This document shows, one piece after another, positions 29,593-40,037 of a stretch of 64,000 bases of DNA. The stretch comes from Lachnospiraceae bacterium. GTDB lineage: Bacteria > Bacillota > Clostridia > Lachnospirales > Lachnospiraceae. The stretch covers positions 8,089 to 72,088 of the forward strand of contig JAVXHY010000010.1 in assembly GCA_036656615.1 (NCBI GenBank). Reading direction: 5' to 3'. The position numbers and the translations under genes are program-made. The notes under the pieces were generated by a model. That model saw only the letters and a program-made list of their open reading frames with translations. It made no database searches and was not told where the DNA came from. Every line of letters starts with the position of its first letter. Position 1 is the stretch's first letter.

Positions 29593-29601
29593 TCTTTTCT
29601 C

Positions 29602-30051
29602 CTAGGCAACTATTTTACGGATTTTATCCATCACATTTATTGTTTCTTCTACACTTCTGATTGCACACATAATTGTATCATCACCAGCAATACAACCCAC
29701 AACTTCTGTCCAATTCATTGCATCAATTGCTGCAGCTACCGCCATGGCCATTCCGGCTACTGTTTTTATTACTAAGATGTTCTGTGCCATTTCCATTGTG
29801 TGAAATCCATCTTTTAGAACACGTATATATTTTGCACTCATATCACTGTCTTTGGAATGTAAAATTGCATATTTTTGTTTTCCATTATCATTTGATACCT
29901 TTGTTAATTTCAAATCTCGAATGTCTCGTGAAACTGTAGCCTGTGTTACTTTCATTCCAGATTGATTCAGGAGCTCTGCCAATTCTTCCTGGGTCTCAAT
30001 CTCCCTTTGATTTATTAATTCTACTATTTTAGCATGTCGGCTGCCTTTCAT
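29602..30051 (-). CDS. argR: Arginine repressor
   Basis: TQATVSRDI, GCIAGDDTI. Confidence 0.96.
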   Translation of the reverse strand: MKGSRHAKIVELINQREIETQEELAELLNQSGMKVTQATVSRDIRDLKLTKVSNDNGKQKYAILHSKDSDMSAKYIRVLKDGFHTMEMAQNILVIKTVAGMAMAVAAAIDAMNWTEVVGCIAGDDTIMCAIRSVEETINVMDKIRKIVA

Positions 30052-30054
30052 ATA

Positions 30055-30888
30055 CTAGTTTCCTTTCATTTTTTTTCTTAAGGTATCCAGAAAACTGACT
30101 TTACTAAGCTTAATCAGTTTTGTAATGGCTTCCGCTTTTTGAATTGTTATGGAATCACCAGTTTCTACATGAATCATTTTTGTTCCATCGAAACTTATAC
30201 CAGCATGTTCAATACTTCCATCTCTTCCTGGTCCTATTTCTATAGTAATTTCATCTTCAGCAGAAAGTACAATACTGCTGGTATTTAATGCATGAGAACA
30301 AATCGGTGTTAACACAATCATGGAAGCTGTAGGTTCAACAATGGGTCCTCCGGCAGAAATATTATATCCCGTAGATCCCGTAGGTGTTGATACAATCATT
30401 CCATCTGCCTGATAGGAATTTAATAATTCTCCATTTACATATACATTGACGTGTATAACTCTTAATTCTCCTAGTCTAGTTACTACAATATCATTCAGTG
30501 CAATATCTTCTGTTTGGTCATTAAGAACACCTTTTAACATCATTCGTTCTTCTATCATAGGCGTTTGTCTTAATAGTGCATCAATTCCAATTTCTATATG
30601 ATGTACTTCTAATTCTGTTAAATAACCAAGCGTTCCTAAATTCACGCCTAGCAGGGGAACCGTATAATTTCGCAATTCTCTAGATGCCTGGATAAGTGTT
30701 CCATCACCACCAAGTACAATAACCCCATCCATATCTGCCACTTGGTTCATATTTACCAAATATCCCTCTTTGTTTCGTTCTCCCAAGATACAGATTCTGC
30801 CCTGCATTTCCAAATAATTTTTTACACGCATGGTAGTTTGAAAATTTTCATCTTTACTGGCATTTGTGATGATATAAAATTTCTTCAT
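30055..30888 (-). CDS. nadK: NAD kinase
   Basis: LGGDGT, GVNLGTLGYL, ALND, STPTGSTGYNISAGGP. Start moved to ATG 30888. Confidence 0.93.
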   Translation of the reverse strand: MKKFYIITNASKDENFQTTMRVKNYLEMQGRICILGERNKEGYLVNMNQVADMDGVIVLGGDGTLIQASRELRNYTVPLLGVNLGTLGYLTELEVHHIEIGIDALLRQTPMIEERMMLKGVLNDQTEDIALNDIVVTRLGELRVIHVNVYVNGELLNSYQADGMIVSTPTGSTGYNISAGGPIVEPTASMIVLTPICSHALNTSSIVLSAEDEITIEIGPGRDGSIEHAGISFDGTKMIHVETGDSITIQKAEAITKLIKLSKVSFLDTLRKKMKGN

Positions 30889-30896
30889 GTTGTTCC

Positions 30897-31700
30897 TCAC
30901 TTTGCTAATGTCTCAAATGCTTTATCTACAACTTGTATCAGATCTGCCTTTATGGTATCAGATTGTATCTCGTTTTTTTGGAGATAAATCAAATATTCAA
31001 TATTACCCTCAGGCCCTTTAATTGGTGAAAATTCTAAATCTAAAACTTCATAACCAATGGAAATGGCATAATTAATTACCTTTTCTATTACTTCATAATG
31101 AGTTGATTTCTCTCGTACAACACCTTTTTTCCCAACTTTCTCACGCCCCGCTTCAAATTGTGGTTTGATTAGTGCCACGACTTGCCCATTGCAAACTAGG
31201 TATTCATAGATAGGCTGTAAGACCTTTGTCAACGAAATAAAGGAAACGTCTATAGAGGAAAAGTCAATGGAATCAGCTAAATCAGTTGGAGTTACGTAAC
31301 GTATATTGGTCTTTTCCATACATACGACTCGTGAATCTTGTCGTAATTTCCAGTCTAACTGACCGCGCCCTACGTCAATGGCATACACTTTTTTTGCACC
31401 GTTTTGCAGCATACAGTCAGTAAATCCACCGGTAGAAGAACCTACATCTGTGCAAATTTTATTTTCCAGTGAAATCTGAAAATTGGCAATGGCTTTTTCC
31501 AGCTTTAATCCTCCACGACTGACGTAGGGAAGTGGATTTCCTTTTACTTCAATTGTAACTGTTTCCGGAAAGGAAGTTCCTGCTTTATCTTCCCGCTGCC
31601 CTTCTACAAATACATTTCCTGACATAATAATCGCTTTCGCTTTTTCTCTGGATTCTGCTAAGTTTCGTTTCACTAACAGAATATCTAAACGCTCTTTCAT
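30897..31700 (-). CDS. tlyA: TlyA-family rRNA methyltransferase
   Basis: S4 domain MKERLD, YVSRGGLKL, DVGSSTGGFTD, DVSFISL, LIKPQFEAG, GNIEY. Confidence 0.95.
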   Translation of the reverse strand: MKERLDILLVKRNLAESREKAKAIIMSGNVFVEGQREDKAGTSFPETVTIEVKGNPLPYVSRGGLKLEKAIANFQISLENKICTDVGSSTGGFTDCMLQNGAKKVYAIDVGRGQLDWKLRQDSRVVCMEKTNIRYVTPTDLADSIDFSSIDVSFISLTKVLQPIYEYLVCNGQVVALIKPQFEAGREKVGKKGVVREKSTHYEVIEKVINYAISIGYEVLDLEFSPIKGPEGNIEYLIYLQKNEIQSDTIKADLIQVVDKAFETLAK

Positions 31701-31709
31701 TGCTTCCCC

Positions 31710-33572
31710 TTATCTTAAATATGCTGTAATGATTTTCTTTACAATGGTGTCTTGATCAAGCATAACTTCTTTTCTTAATACGTTTACATTCCCATGCTCT
31801 ACGTATTCATCAGGAATACCAAAAGAGGCTACTTTCACAGATAGATCGGCCTTGGATACGTATGCTAAGACCTGTTCCCCATATCCACCAATTAATATAT
31901 TTTCCTCAATGGTTACAAAAAGCTTATGAGTGGTAGACAATTCTTCTATTAATGCTTCATCAATTGGTTTGATAAAACGGGCATTGACTAATGTACAACT
32001 ATATCCAATTTCTTTTAAAGCTTCACGTACTCCAACGGAAATAGCCATCATATGTCCTACTGAAAATATAGCAATACTGTCTTCTTCGTATAGTATTTCT
32101 GCTTTTCCATATACAATAGGGGCACGAAAATCAGCTAATTTTTCATATGCTTCACCTCTTGGATAACGAAGTGCAATTGGACCTTTATAATCAATGGCAA
32201 AACGGAGCATATCAGCAAGTTCCCATCTGTTTTTAGGTGATAGAATTGTCATATTTGGCATAGTGGACAGAAAAGATAAATCAAAGACACCCTGGTGTGT
32301 TTCACCATCGCTTCCAACCAAACCCGCCCGATCAACAGCAAATACTACAGAAAGATTCTGCAGACAGACATCATGAATAATCTGATCATAAGCTCGCTGT
32401 AAAAAAGAAGAATAGACAGCAAATACTGGTTTTAATCCTCCAGCTGCTAAACCGGCTGCAAAGGTTACAGCATGGGCCTCTGCAATTCCCACATCAAAGA
32501 AACGATTTGCATATTTTTGCTTGAATAATGCCAATCCGGTACCATCTTCCATAGCAGCTGTAATAGCTACTAATTTAGGATCTTTTTGTCCCATACTGCA
32601 CATAACTTTAGAAAAAACATCCGTATAAGAATCTGTTGTAGGCAAGTTAAGTGCTTGTCCAGTTTTAATATCAAATGGTCCGGTTCCGTGAAATTTGGAT
32701 GGCTCGGCTTCTGCCGGAGCGTAGCCTTTTCCTTTTTTGGTCAATACATGCACTAAAACCGTACCTTTTATTTTTTGTGATTCGCGTAAAGTCTTATAGA
32801 TTTCTTTTAGATTGTGTCCATCTATAGGTCCTAGATAGGTAATACCCATATCTTCAAAAAACATACCAGGGACAAAGAGCTGTTTGATGCTGCTTTTAGT
32901 CTTTTGTACATAAGATACAATCTTTTGTCCTTTGCTTGGTATTTTATGAAGTATATTTTCTACTCCTGTTTTTAGGCCAGTGTATGCTTCCGCAGTTCTC
33001 AAGCTATCAAGATATCTAGACATTCCACCTACATTTTCGGATATTGACATATTATTATCATTTAATATAATAGTAAAATTACGTTTTAATCTAGATGCAT
33101 TATTGAGAGCTTCGTATGCCATGCCGCCTGTTAAAGAACCATCACCAATTACAGAAATTACCTGATAATCTTCTTTTAATATTTCTCGGGCTTCTACATA
33201 TCCAAGTCCGGCTGAAATAGAGGTAGAACTATGTCCAGTATCAAAAGCATCACAATCACTTTCGCCTCGTTTTGGGAAGCCACTCATTCCGCCATATTTT
33301 CTCAGATCATCAAAACCGTTTTTTCTTCCAGTTAAAAGCTTATGTGTATAAGACTGATGACCCACATCCCAAATAATTTTATCCTTTGGAAGATCTAATG
33401 CAAGATGCATAGCCATAGTTAATTCCACCACTCCTAGGTTGGAAGCCAAGTGTCCACCTGTCATACTGATTTTCTCAATCAGAAAGGAACGTATTTCTTC
33501 TGCTAATAGTGGTAAATCTTCTTTTCTTATTTTCTTAATATCGTTTGCCTGATTAATTTGTTCTAGTACCAT
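31710..33572 (-). CDS. dxs: 1-deoxy-D-xylulose-5-phosphate synthase
   Basis: GGHLASNLG, WDVGHQSY, GHSSTSISA, GDGSLTGG..EALNN, DVGIAE, DRAG. Confidence 0.97.
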   Translation of the reverse strand: MVLEQINQANDIKKIRKEDLPLLAEEIRSFLIEKISMTGGHLASNLGVVELTMAMHLALDLPKDKIIWDVGHQSYTHKLLTGRKNGFDDLRKYGGMSGFPKRGESDCDAFDTGHSSTSISAGLGYVEAREILKEDYQVISVIGDGSLTGGMAYEALNNASRLKRNFTIILNDNNMSISENVGGMSRYLDSLRTAEAYTGLKTGVENILHKIPSKGQKIVSYVQKTKSSIKQLFVPGMFFEDMGITYLGPIDGHNLKEIYKTLRESQKIKGTVLVHVLTKKGKGYAPAEAEPSKFHGTGPFDIKTGQALNLPTTDSYTDVFSKVMCSMGQKDPKLVAITAAMEDGTGLALFKQKYANRFFDVGIAEAHAVTFAAGLAAGGLKPVFAVYSSFLQRAYDQIIHDVCLQNLSVVFAVDRAGLVGSDGETHQGVFDLSFLSTMPNMTILSPKNRWELADMLRFAIDYKGPIALRYPRGEAYEKLADFRAPIVYGKAEILYEEDSIAIFSVGHMMAISVGVREALKEIGYSCTLVNARFIKPIDEALIEELSTTHKLFVTIEENILIGGYGEQVLAYVSKADLSVKVASFGIPDEYVEHGNVNVLRKEVMLDQDTIVKKIITAYLR

Positions 33573-33584
33573 ATACGTACCTCT

Positions 33585-34508
33585 CTACTTTTCGCGATGT
33601 ATCAGTGCTTCTAATAACCATTCTAAGTATGATGTATCGTGAATTTTTCTTGTTTTATTTATGTTGTCTGTAATCTGATGCAGTAATTGGATGGCTTCTT
33701 TGGAAAATCGAGCTACTTCATCTTTGGCACATGCTAGTCCTACTAAAGTGACATAGGTGGTTTTCTCATTTTTTTCATCACTGTGTGTGGGTTTTCCAAG
33801 AATTTCAGGGACACTGACAACATCCAAAATATCATCTTGGATTTGAAATGCAATGCCTATATTTTTTGCTATTTTTTCTATTGTTTGAATATCAGTTGAA
33901 GATGCACCTGATAAAATAGCTCCAATCATCATAGAACTTTCAATTAAAGCACTAGTTTTTAACTCGAATATAAAGTTTAAACGTTCCTTTGAAATGGAAC
34001 TGCCAGAGCATTGAACATCTACTACCTGTCCACCAATCATACCATATATTCCAGCTTTTTTAGACAATACCTGAATTGCTTTTCCAATTAACTGTGCTTT
34101 GGCTGGTTCAAGATCAAATGACAAAGATGCTGTTTCAAACGCATAATTTAACAGGGCATCTCCTGCTAAAATCCCCATATCTTCTCCATATATAATATGG
34201 GTGGTCTTCTTGCCTCTTCGATAATCATCGTTATCCATTGCAGGTAAATCATCATGTACAAGGGAGTAGGTATGAATCATTTCAATGGCTGCCATAAATG
34301 GCTCTATAAGGGTTCCAGTTCCTCCAAATAGATGATATGTTTCCTGCATAAGCATAGGACGCAGTCTCTTTCCACCAGCTAATAGACTATACTCCATGGC
34401 TTCAATGATAGTCTTTTGGTAACCCTCTTGTTTCGGTAAATAAGATACAAGAATATCTTCTATTTTTTTTTGTTTGATTTTTTGTTGTTCTTCAAAATTA
34501 AAATTCAT
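33585..34508 (-). CDS. ispA: Farnesyl/geranylgeranyl diphosphate synthase
   Basis: GGKRLRP, SLVHDDLPAMDNDDYRRG, FQIQDDILD. Start set at ATG 34508 after GGAG. Confidence 0.93.
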   Translation of the reverse strand: MNFNFEEQQKIKQKKIEDILVSYLPKQEGYQKTIIEAMEYSLLAGGKRLRPMLMQETYHLFGGTGTLIEPFMAAIEMIHTYSLVHDDLPAMDNDDYRRGKKTTHIIYGEDMGILAGDALLNYAFETASLSFDLEPAKAQLIGKAIQVLSKKAGIYGMIGGQVVDVQCSGSSISKERLNFIFELKTSALIESSMMIGAILSGASSTDIQTIEKIAKNIGIAFQIQDDILDVVSVPEILGKPTHSDEKNEKTTYVTLVGLACAKDEVARFSKEAIQLLHQITDNINKTRKIHDTSYLEWLLEALIHREK

Positions 34509-34701
34509 GGTTTTCTCCATTTTCATCTAACAAGATGACTTGTTTTTCTATGGTTTCTATTTTGTCATTGCATGCTTTAATAAAATCAATACCTTTATGA
34601 TAAGAAGCAAAAGTATCCTCTAAGGAGAGCTTATCATCCTCAAGTTCTTTCACTACGTTATCTAGTGCTGCAAACAATTCTTCTAGTTTGATGTCTTCCA
34701 T
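34498..34701 (-). CDS. xseB: Exodeoxyribonuclease VII small subunit
   Basis: LEELFAALDNVVKELE...LSLE..YHKG...C; follows xseA. Confidence 0.92.
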   Translation of the reverse strand: MEDIKLEELFAALDNVVKELEDDKLSLEDTFASYHKGIDFIKACNDKIETIEKQVILLDENGENHEF

Positions 34702-35906
34702 GAGTCTTCCCCCTGTTCTAATCCTGTAATCTTAGCATAAATGGAACCATCAGTTACACGAATGCTCACATGTTCTCCTATAGTGACATTAGAAATACTA
34801 TTTATTACCTTGCTGTCTGAATCCTGTACAAAGGAAAAGCCTTGATTTAGTTTACTCAAAGGGGACAGCCCTTTCATATTCTCTATATATAATGCTAATT
34901 GATGCTTCTTATAATCTAATTTACGACTCATCAAAATCTTCATTTTATTTTCGTATTCCATTAAAAATTGCTTTTTGTTATTTAATTTATTTCTTGGATG
35001 CAGATACTTCATTTTCAATTCATATTGTTCAGTTTTTCCTTGAGCTTCACGTAGCTTTCCTGTAATCAAACGTTGAAGCTGATTCATATATCCGTTTAAT
35101 TCTTGCTTTAGATCCATGTATTCATAAACAGCAAGTTCTGCTGCAGCTGAAGGGGTTGGGGCACGTAAATCGGCAACAAAGTCCGCAATTGTAGTGTCGG
35201 TTTCATGTCCAACAGCAGATATAATTGGAATGGAACAATCAAAAATGGCCCGTGCTACGATTTCTTCATTGAATGCCCATAAATCCTCTAAGGATCCACC
35301 GCCACGTCCTACAATTATCACATCCACATCTGTTTGTTCAAGCATTTGTATGCCTTTAACAATACTGGCTGCTGCTTCTGTACCTTGTACTAGGGCTGGA
35401 TACAATATCAATTGTATATATGGATTCCTTCTTTTGGCAATATGAATAATATCTTGAATAGCAGCACCTGTTGGAGCTGTTACAATACCGATTTTTGAAC
35501 AATATCGTGGAATCGGTTTCTTATATTCGGGAGCGAACATCCCCATATCTTCTAATTCTTTTTTGAGTGCTTCAAAGCGCTCATATAATAATCCGGCACC
35601 ATCTAACAGAATTTCTTTGGCATATAATTGATATTTTCCATCACGTTCATAAGTACTGATACTTCCAAGGACAATGACTTGTTGTCCTTCAGAGAGCTTA
35701 AATGTAAGTCCACCACGTTGTCCCGCAAACATAACACAGGCAATTGCTCCGGATTCATCCTTTAAGGAAAAATAGATATGACCGGAAGTATGGTATTTGC
35801 AATTAGATACTTCCCCCTTAACGTAAATGCGGTTAAGCATGTAATCTTGTGTAAACATATTTTTGATATATGTATTTACTTGTTTGACCGTATAAGTATT
35901 ACCCAT
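34683..35906 (-). CDS. xseA: Exodeoxyribonuclease VII large subunit
   Basis: SGHIYFSLKD, RGGGSLEDLWAFN, SAVGHETD, RAPTPSAAAE. Confidence 0.96.
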   Translation of the reverse strand: MGNTYTVKQVNTYIKNMFTQDYMLNRIYVKGEVSNCKYHTSGHIYFSLKDESGAIACVMFAGQRGGLTFKLSEGQQVIVLGSISTYERDGKYQLYAKEILLDGAGLLYERFEALKKELEDMGMFAPEYKKPIPRYCSKIGIVTAPTGAAIQDIIHIAKRRNPYIQLILYPALVQGTEAAASIVKGIQMLEQTDVDVIIVGRGGGSLEDLWAFNEEIVARAIFDCSIPIISAVGHETDTTIADFVADLRAPTPSAAAELAVYEYMDLKQELNGYMNQLQRLITGKLREAQGKTEQYELKMKYLHPRNKLNNKKQFLMEYENKMKILMSRKLDYKKHQLALYIENMKGLSPLSKLNQGFSFVQDSDSKVINSISNVTIGEHVSIRVTDGSIYAKITGLEQGEDSWKTSN

Positions 35907-35916
35907 GTTAAAGCTC

Positions 35917-36315
35917 CTAGTTCACTAATTTGGCAAGTACTCCATTAATAAAGGCTGGTCCCTCTTCACTGCTAAATACCTTTGCTAATTCGACCGCTTC
36001 GTTGATTGCTACACCGGTAGGCACTTCATCATCCCATTTCACCTCATAAACAGCTAGTCTTAAAATTGATAAATCTACTTTATTCATACGTGAAGTCTTC
36101 CATCCAGTAGTACTTTCATTTAAAAGATCATCGATTTCATTTATTTTCTCTAAAATTTCTTTAAATTTATCAGAAATATAAACTTGATCTTTTATTTCCA
36201 AACCTTCCAAATATTCACAGTAATACTGCAACTGTTCCGAAAGTTCTTCTGGTTTATAAAAATCTATTCGAAAAATCATTCGAAAGATATGCTTTCTAAG
36301 TTCTGATCGTCCCAT
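35917..36315 (-). CDS. nusB: Transcription antitermination factor NusB
   Basis: VDLSILRLAVYE, VAINEAVELAK, FINGVL. Confidence 0.96.
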   Translation of the reverse strand: MGRSELRKHIFRMIFRIDFYKPEELSEQLQYYCEYLEGLEIKDQVYISDKFKEILEKINEIDDLLNESTTGWKTSRMNKVDLSILRLAVYEVKWDDEVPTGVAINEAVELAKVFSSEEGPAFINGVLAKLVN

Positions 36316-36412
36316 TTTGCGTCCCCTTTATTATTATATTCGTGGATATTTATAAACCCATCATTTTCACTTAACGTTAGAAAACATGCATTTTGAATTT
36401 TCTATTGTCATT

Positions 36413-36439
36413 AAAAAAGGATGCCATCCGACATCCTCT
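36413..36439 (-). terminator. Probable terminator after asp23
   Basis: Minus strand AGGATG-TCGGATGG-CATCCTTTTTT. Confidence 0.6.
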
Positions 36440-36472
36440 ATTATACTACATCTGTTTCCATCTTGGCAATGA

Positions 36473-36856
36473 TTATTCATTTACTTCCATTTCGACACCA
36501 GCAACGCGGATATTCACATCGGCAACGGTAAGACCAGTCATATTTTCAATGGCAGACTTCACCTTGTCTTGTACTTTGGCTGTAATATCCATAATACTAT
36601 AACCATATTTTAAATTTAATGCCATAGATATAGTTACAATTCCTTCCAACACATCTACCTTAACACCTTTAGATAAATTTTTCATTCCAAGCTTGCTGAT
36701 TAATTCATTGGTTACATTTCCTGCCATAGAAGCGACCCCATCAATCTCTGTAGCTGCCAGGCCAGCAATAATTGCAACTACCTCATCGGCTATCTGCACA
36801 TCTCCCAAATTGGAATCTGATTGCACTGCACAAGTATTTTTCTCATCTTTTCCCAT
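36473..36856 (-). CDS. Asp23/Gls24-family envelope stress protein (YqhY-like)
   Basis: IADEVVAIIAGLAATEIDGV, KGVKV, VQDKVKSAIENMTGL.V.DVNI. Confidence 0.92.
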   Translation of the reverse strand: MGKDEKNTCAVQSDSNLGDVQIADEVVAIIAGLAATEIDGVASMAGNVTNELISKLGMKNLSKGVKVDVLEGIVTISMALNLKYGYSIMDITAKVQDKVKSAIENMTGLTVADVNIRVAGVEMEVNE

Positions 36857-36949
36857 GTTTAAACCTCCTAATTGGTTTGATATCTGTTGTTATTATAGCA
36901 AATCTAATCCTTTTTGAAAATAGAAACTTAGAAATCTCTTGAATTACAC

Positions 36950-38542
36950 CTAAGAACGTCCAAATTCCGATAATAGCAATCCATCATTTCGATCAAGGGT
37001 CATTTTAATACTCCAATTATGAACAAATAATAACAAAGGTCGATCTTTTAAATCTTTTATTTTTTTCATATCAGAAGTTCCTACAATTTTATCTAAGTTT
37101 ACATCTTCGTTTTCAATCCATCGAATATGTTCAAATGGCAATTGGTCCATTCTGATTTCCACGTTGTATTCATTTTCCAAGCGGTACTTTAACACATCAA
37201 ATTGAAGGGTTCCGACTACTCCTACAATTATTTCCTCCATTCCCGTATTATATTCCTGAAAAATCTGAATGGCACCTTCCTGTGCAATTTGATTAATTCC
37301 CTTAATAAATTGCTTGCGTTTCATAGTGTCTACTTGCCTAATTCGTGCAAAATGCTCTGGTGCAAAGGTAGGGATCCCTTCATAGCAAAACTTTTTAGGC
37401 GCATTTGTAAGGGTATCACCAATAGAAAACATTCCGGGGTCAAATACTCCGATAATATCTCCACCATAAGCACTTTCAATTATTTTGCGTTCGCTTGCCA
37501 CCATTTGTTGTGGCTGGGATAACCTTATTTTTTTGCCGCCCTGCATATGATATACTTCCATACCTGCTTCAAATTCACCAGTACATATTCTCATAAATGC
37601 AATTCGATCTCGATGTGCTTTGTTCATGTTTGCCTGTATTTTAAATACAAAGGCAGAAAATTCTGATGTAATAGTGGGATCAATTGCTCCAATATCTGTT
37701 TGTCTGGGTCTAGGTGCAGATGTCATCATAAGAAAATGTTGTAAAAAGGTCTCTATACCAAAGTTAGTAAGTGCAGAACCAAAAAACACTGGAGATAGGG
37801 CACCATTATTTACCATCTCCTGATCAAAGGCAGCACTTGCCCCATCTAAAAGTTCGATTTCTTCCATTAATTTATTTTTAGCATCTGTATGAATTAATGT
37901 TTCTGTAATTGCATCGGTTAATGCAACTTTTTGCACTGCTCCAGCAGTCGTTCCCTTATTTGTATTAGAAAACAACTCTACTTCCTGATTCTTCCGATCA
38001 TATACACCTTGAAAAGATTTGCCAGAGCCAATTGGCCAATTGACTGGACAAGTGGCAATTCCTAGTTCCTTTTCTATATCATCTAATAGTTCAAATGTAT
38101 CTTTTGCCTCCCGATCCATTTTATTAATAAATGTAAAAATAGGAATCTGGCGCATTACACATACTTTAAATAATTTTCTTGTCTGTGCTTCCACTCCCTT
38201 AGAAGCATCAATTACCATTACTGCTGAATCAGCAGCCATTAAGGTTCGATAAGTGTCTTCTGAGAAATCTTGATGTCCCGGAGTATCTAAAATATTAATA
38301 CAATATCCATCATAGTTAAATTGCAATACAGAAGAGGTGACTGAGATACCTCTTTCTTTTTCAATTTCCATCCAATCAGATACAGCATGTTTCGCAGTTG
38401 CTTTTCCCTTCACAGAACCGGCCTGATTAATCGCACCTCCATATAATAAAAACTTTTCTGTTAGAGTGGTTTTTCCGGCATCCGGATGAGAAATAATTGC
38501 AAAGGTTCTTCGTTTCTTAATTTCATTCGTTATATGTGACAT
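36950..38542 (-). CDS. prfC: Peptide chain release factor 3
   Basis: RRTFAIISHPDAGKTT, DTPGHQDFSEDTYR, NKMD, GVVGTLQFDV. Confidence 0.97.
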   Translation of the reverse strand: MSHITNEIKKRRTFAIISHPDAGKTTLTEKFLLYGGAINQAGSVKGKATAKHAVSDWMEIEKERGISVTSSVLQFNYDGYCINILDTPGHQDFSEDTYRTLMAADSAVMVIDASKGVEAQTRKLFKVCVMRQIPIFTFINKMDREAKDTFELLDDIEKELGIATCPVNWPIGSGKSFQGVYDRKNQEVELFSNTNKGTTAGAVQKVALTDAITETLIHTDAKNKLMEEIELLDGASAAFDQEMVNNGALSPVFFGSALTNFGIETFLQHFLMMTSAPRPRQTDIGAIDPTITSEFSAFVFKIQANMNKAHRDRIAFMRICTGEFEAGMEVYHMQGGKKIRLSQPQQMVASERKIIESAYGGDIIGVFDPGMFSIGDTLTNAPKKFCYEGIPTFAPEHFARIRQVDTMKRKQFIKGINQIAQEGAIQIFQEYNTGMEEIIVGVVGTLQFDVLKYRLENEYNVEIRMDQLPFEHIRWIENEDVNLDKIVGTSDMKKIKDLKDRPLLLFVHNWSIKMTLDRNDGLLLSEFGRS

Positions 38543-38589
38543 TCTTTTCTCCTACTATCTACGACTTTTATCCTTATACATTATAGCAA

Positions 38590-39216
38590 CTATTTTCCTG
38601 TATGAATAGGTGTAATTACAATATTTTCCGGAGCAATTTCTGCTTTTCTTGATACAATATCCTCAATTTGTGCTCGATTGGCATCTGTAAGCTCAGAACT
38701 AGTAACAACAATATCGGCAGTATCCGTAGTCAGACTTACTACTGCTTCATGAAAGCCCTTGGATGCAAGTAGGGTTTCCACGGATACTTCTTTTTCGGAT
38801 ATGGCTGTCATGGATATCATTTGATTGATTGCATCCGCTTTCTGCTCGTTGCTAAGATTGGCATTATCTATAATTGTCTGCAATGTTTCTTTGTTTTTCG
38901 CGCGTACTTGTTCTCGGGATACTTTAGCTTCTGCAACTACGTTGCTAGCTTCAGCACTTGTAAGTATTGCTTCACCAGGAGTTCCTTCGGATTCCCTGTC
39001 TGCAACTTCTAAATCATTGCTTTGGATTTCCCCAGACGTCTGCTCATCTTCCTGTGAAATATCCAGTAATTCTTTGTTTGCTAGGTTGCTGCTAACTGTT
39101 TTTTCTTCCTTTTTATCTCCAAAAATTTTACCGGAATAATTCAAATAACCAGCTACAGCAATCATAAGCGCTAATGTGGTAATGATCACCTGATTCTTTT
39201 TAAATATTTTCTTCAA
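38590..39216 (-). CDS. spoIIIAH: Stage III sporulation protein AH
   Basis: N-terminal TM anchor LALMIAVAGYLN; C-terminal YscJ/FliF-like ring domain (ETLLASKGF..AVV...QIEDIV). Last gene of the spoIIIA run. Confidence 0.9.
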   Translation of the reverse strand: MKKIFKKNQVIITTLALMIAVAGYLNYSGKIFGDKKEEKTVSSNLANKELLDISQEDEQTSGEIQSNDLEVADRESEGTPGEAILTSAEASNVVAEAKVSREQVRAKNKETLQTIIDNANLSNEQKADAINQMISMTAISEKEVSVETLLASKGFHEAVVSLTTDTADIVVTSSELTDANRAQIEDIVSRKAEIAPENIVITPIHTGK

Positions 39217-39233
39217 TGTTGTTCCTCCTCTTT

Positions 39234-39758
39234 TTATGATTTCAACTTCATTATTTTAATTTTATGCGTGTCTACATTAAATAATGCTTGGATTGCTTCG
39301 GTTATGTTTTGAATGGTTACTGCACTTCCACCACCTTGAGCAATTACCACAACACCAGCAATCTCAGGTGTGATCTCTTTACTAACATAGGGACTTTGTT
39401 CCCCACTATTATTTTCTTCATATACGGTAGTCTGTTCTCGAGTATTTTCTCTTTGACTGATATCTTTTTCTATTATTTTTTCAGTAGAGGATTTTAAAGT
39501 AAGCATAACGGTTACGTCTCCAACACCCTCCACTTTACGTAATACCTGCTCTAGTTGAGTTTCTAAACTTGTCTGGTAAGTTGCATTTGTGTATTCCAAG
39601 GATTCTATATGATTACTTTTCTTTTCTTTTTTTACATTATGTTTGCCAGCAGGTATGGCAATTACAACTAAGAGCATCCCAACAAGTAGCAATACAATTA
39701 ATTGATTTTTATTGGGTTGTTTGAAATTCTTCCAAATGTTGCTCTGGAATATAGTCAC
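39234..39758 (-). CDS. spoIIIAG: Stage III sporulation protein AG
   Basis: LEQVLRKVEGVGDVTVMLT, PEIAGVVVIAQGG, AIQALF...HKIKI. Exact start uncertain. Confidence 0.9.
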   Translation of the reverse strand: MTIFQSNIWKNFKQPNKNQLIVLLLVGMLLVVIAIPAGKHNVKKEKKSNHIESLEYTNATYQTSLETQLEQVLRKVEGVGDVTVMLTLKSSTEKIIEKDISQRENTREQTTVYEENNSGEQSPYVSKEITPEIAGVVVIAQGGGSAVTIQNITEAIQALFNVDTHKIKIMKLKS

Positions 39759-40026
39759 AGATATTCACTCCTTCCAAATATGCAGTGGTACTTTGTATTT
39801 TTTGCAATTCCTGCTGAAATTTTACATTGTGATTAAGATTAGAAAATGAATGCTCCATGCCAAATACTTTCAAAATAGGTGTTGTTAATAGTAAAATTAA
39901 TAAAAGCCCTGTAAAAAATCGAACATACTTTTTGTAATTTGTATTTGGAATTACTTGTATGACGGCTGTTGTAAGCACTAGATAAAAGGCCAAATTTTCT
40001 ACCCACTCATAGATATATGTAAACAT
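39709..40026 (-). CDS. spoIIIAF: Stage III sporulation protein AF (short form)
   Basis: IPNTNYKKYVRFFTGLLLILLLTTPI; operon position. Confidence 0.88.
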   Translation of the reverse strand: MFTYIYEWVENLAFYLVLTTAVIQVIPNTNYKKYVRFFTGLLLILLLTTPILKVFGMEHSFSNLNHNVKFQQELQKIQSTTAYLEGVNICDYIPEQHLEEFQTTQ

Positions 40027-40037
40027 TGTTTCCTCCT

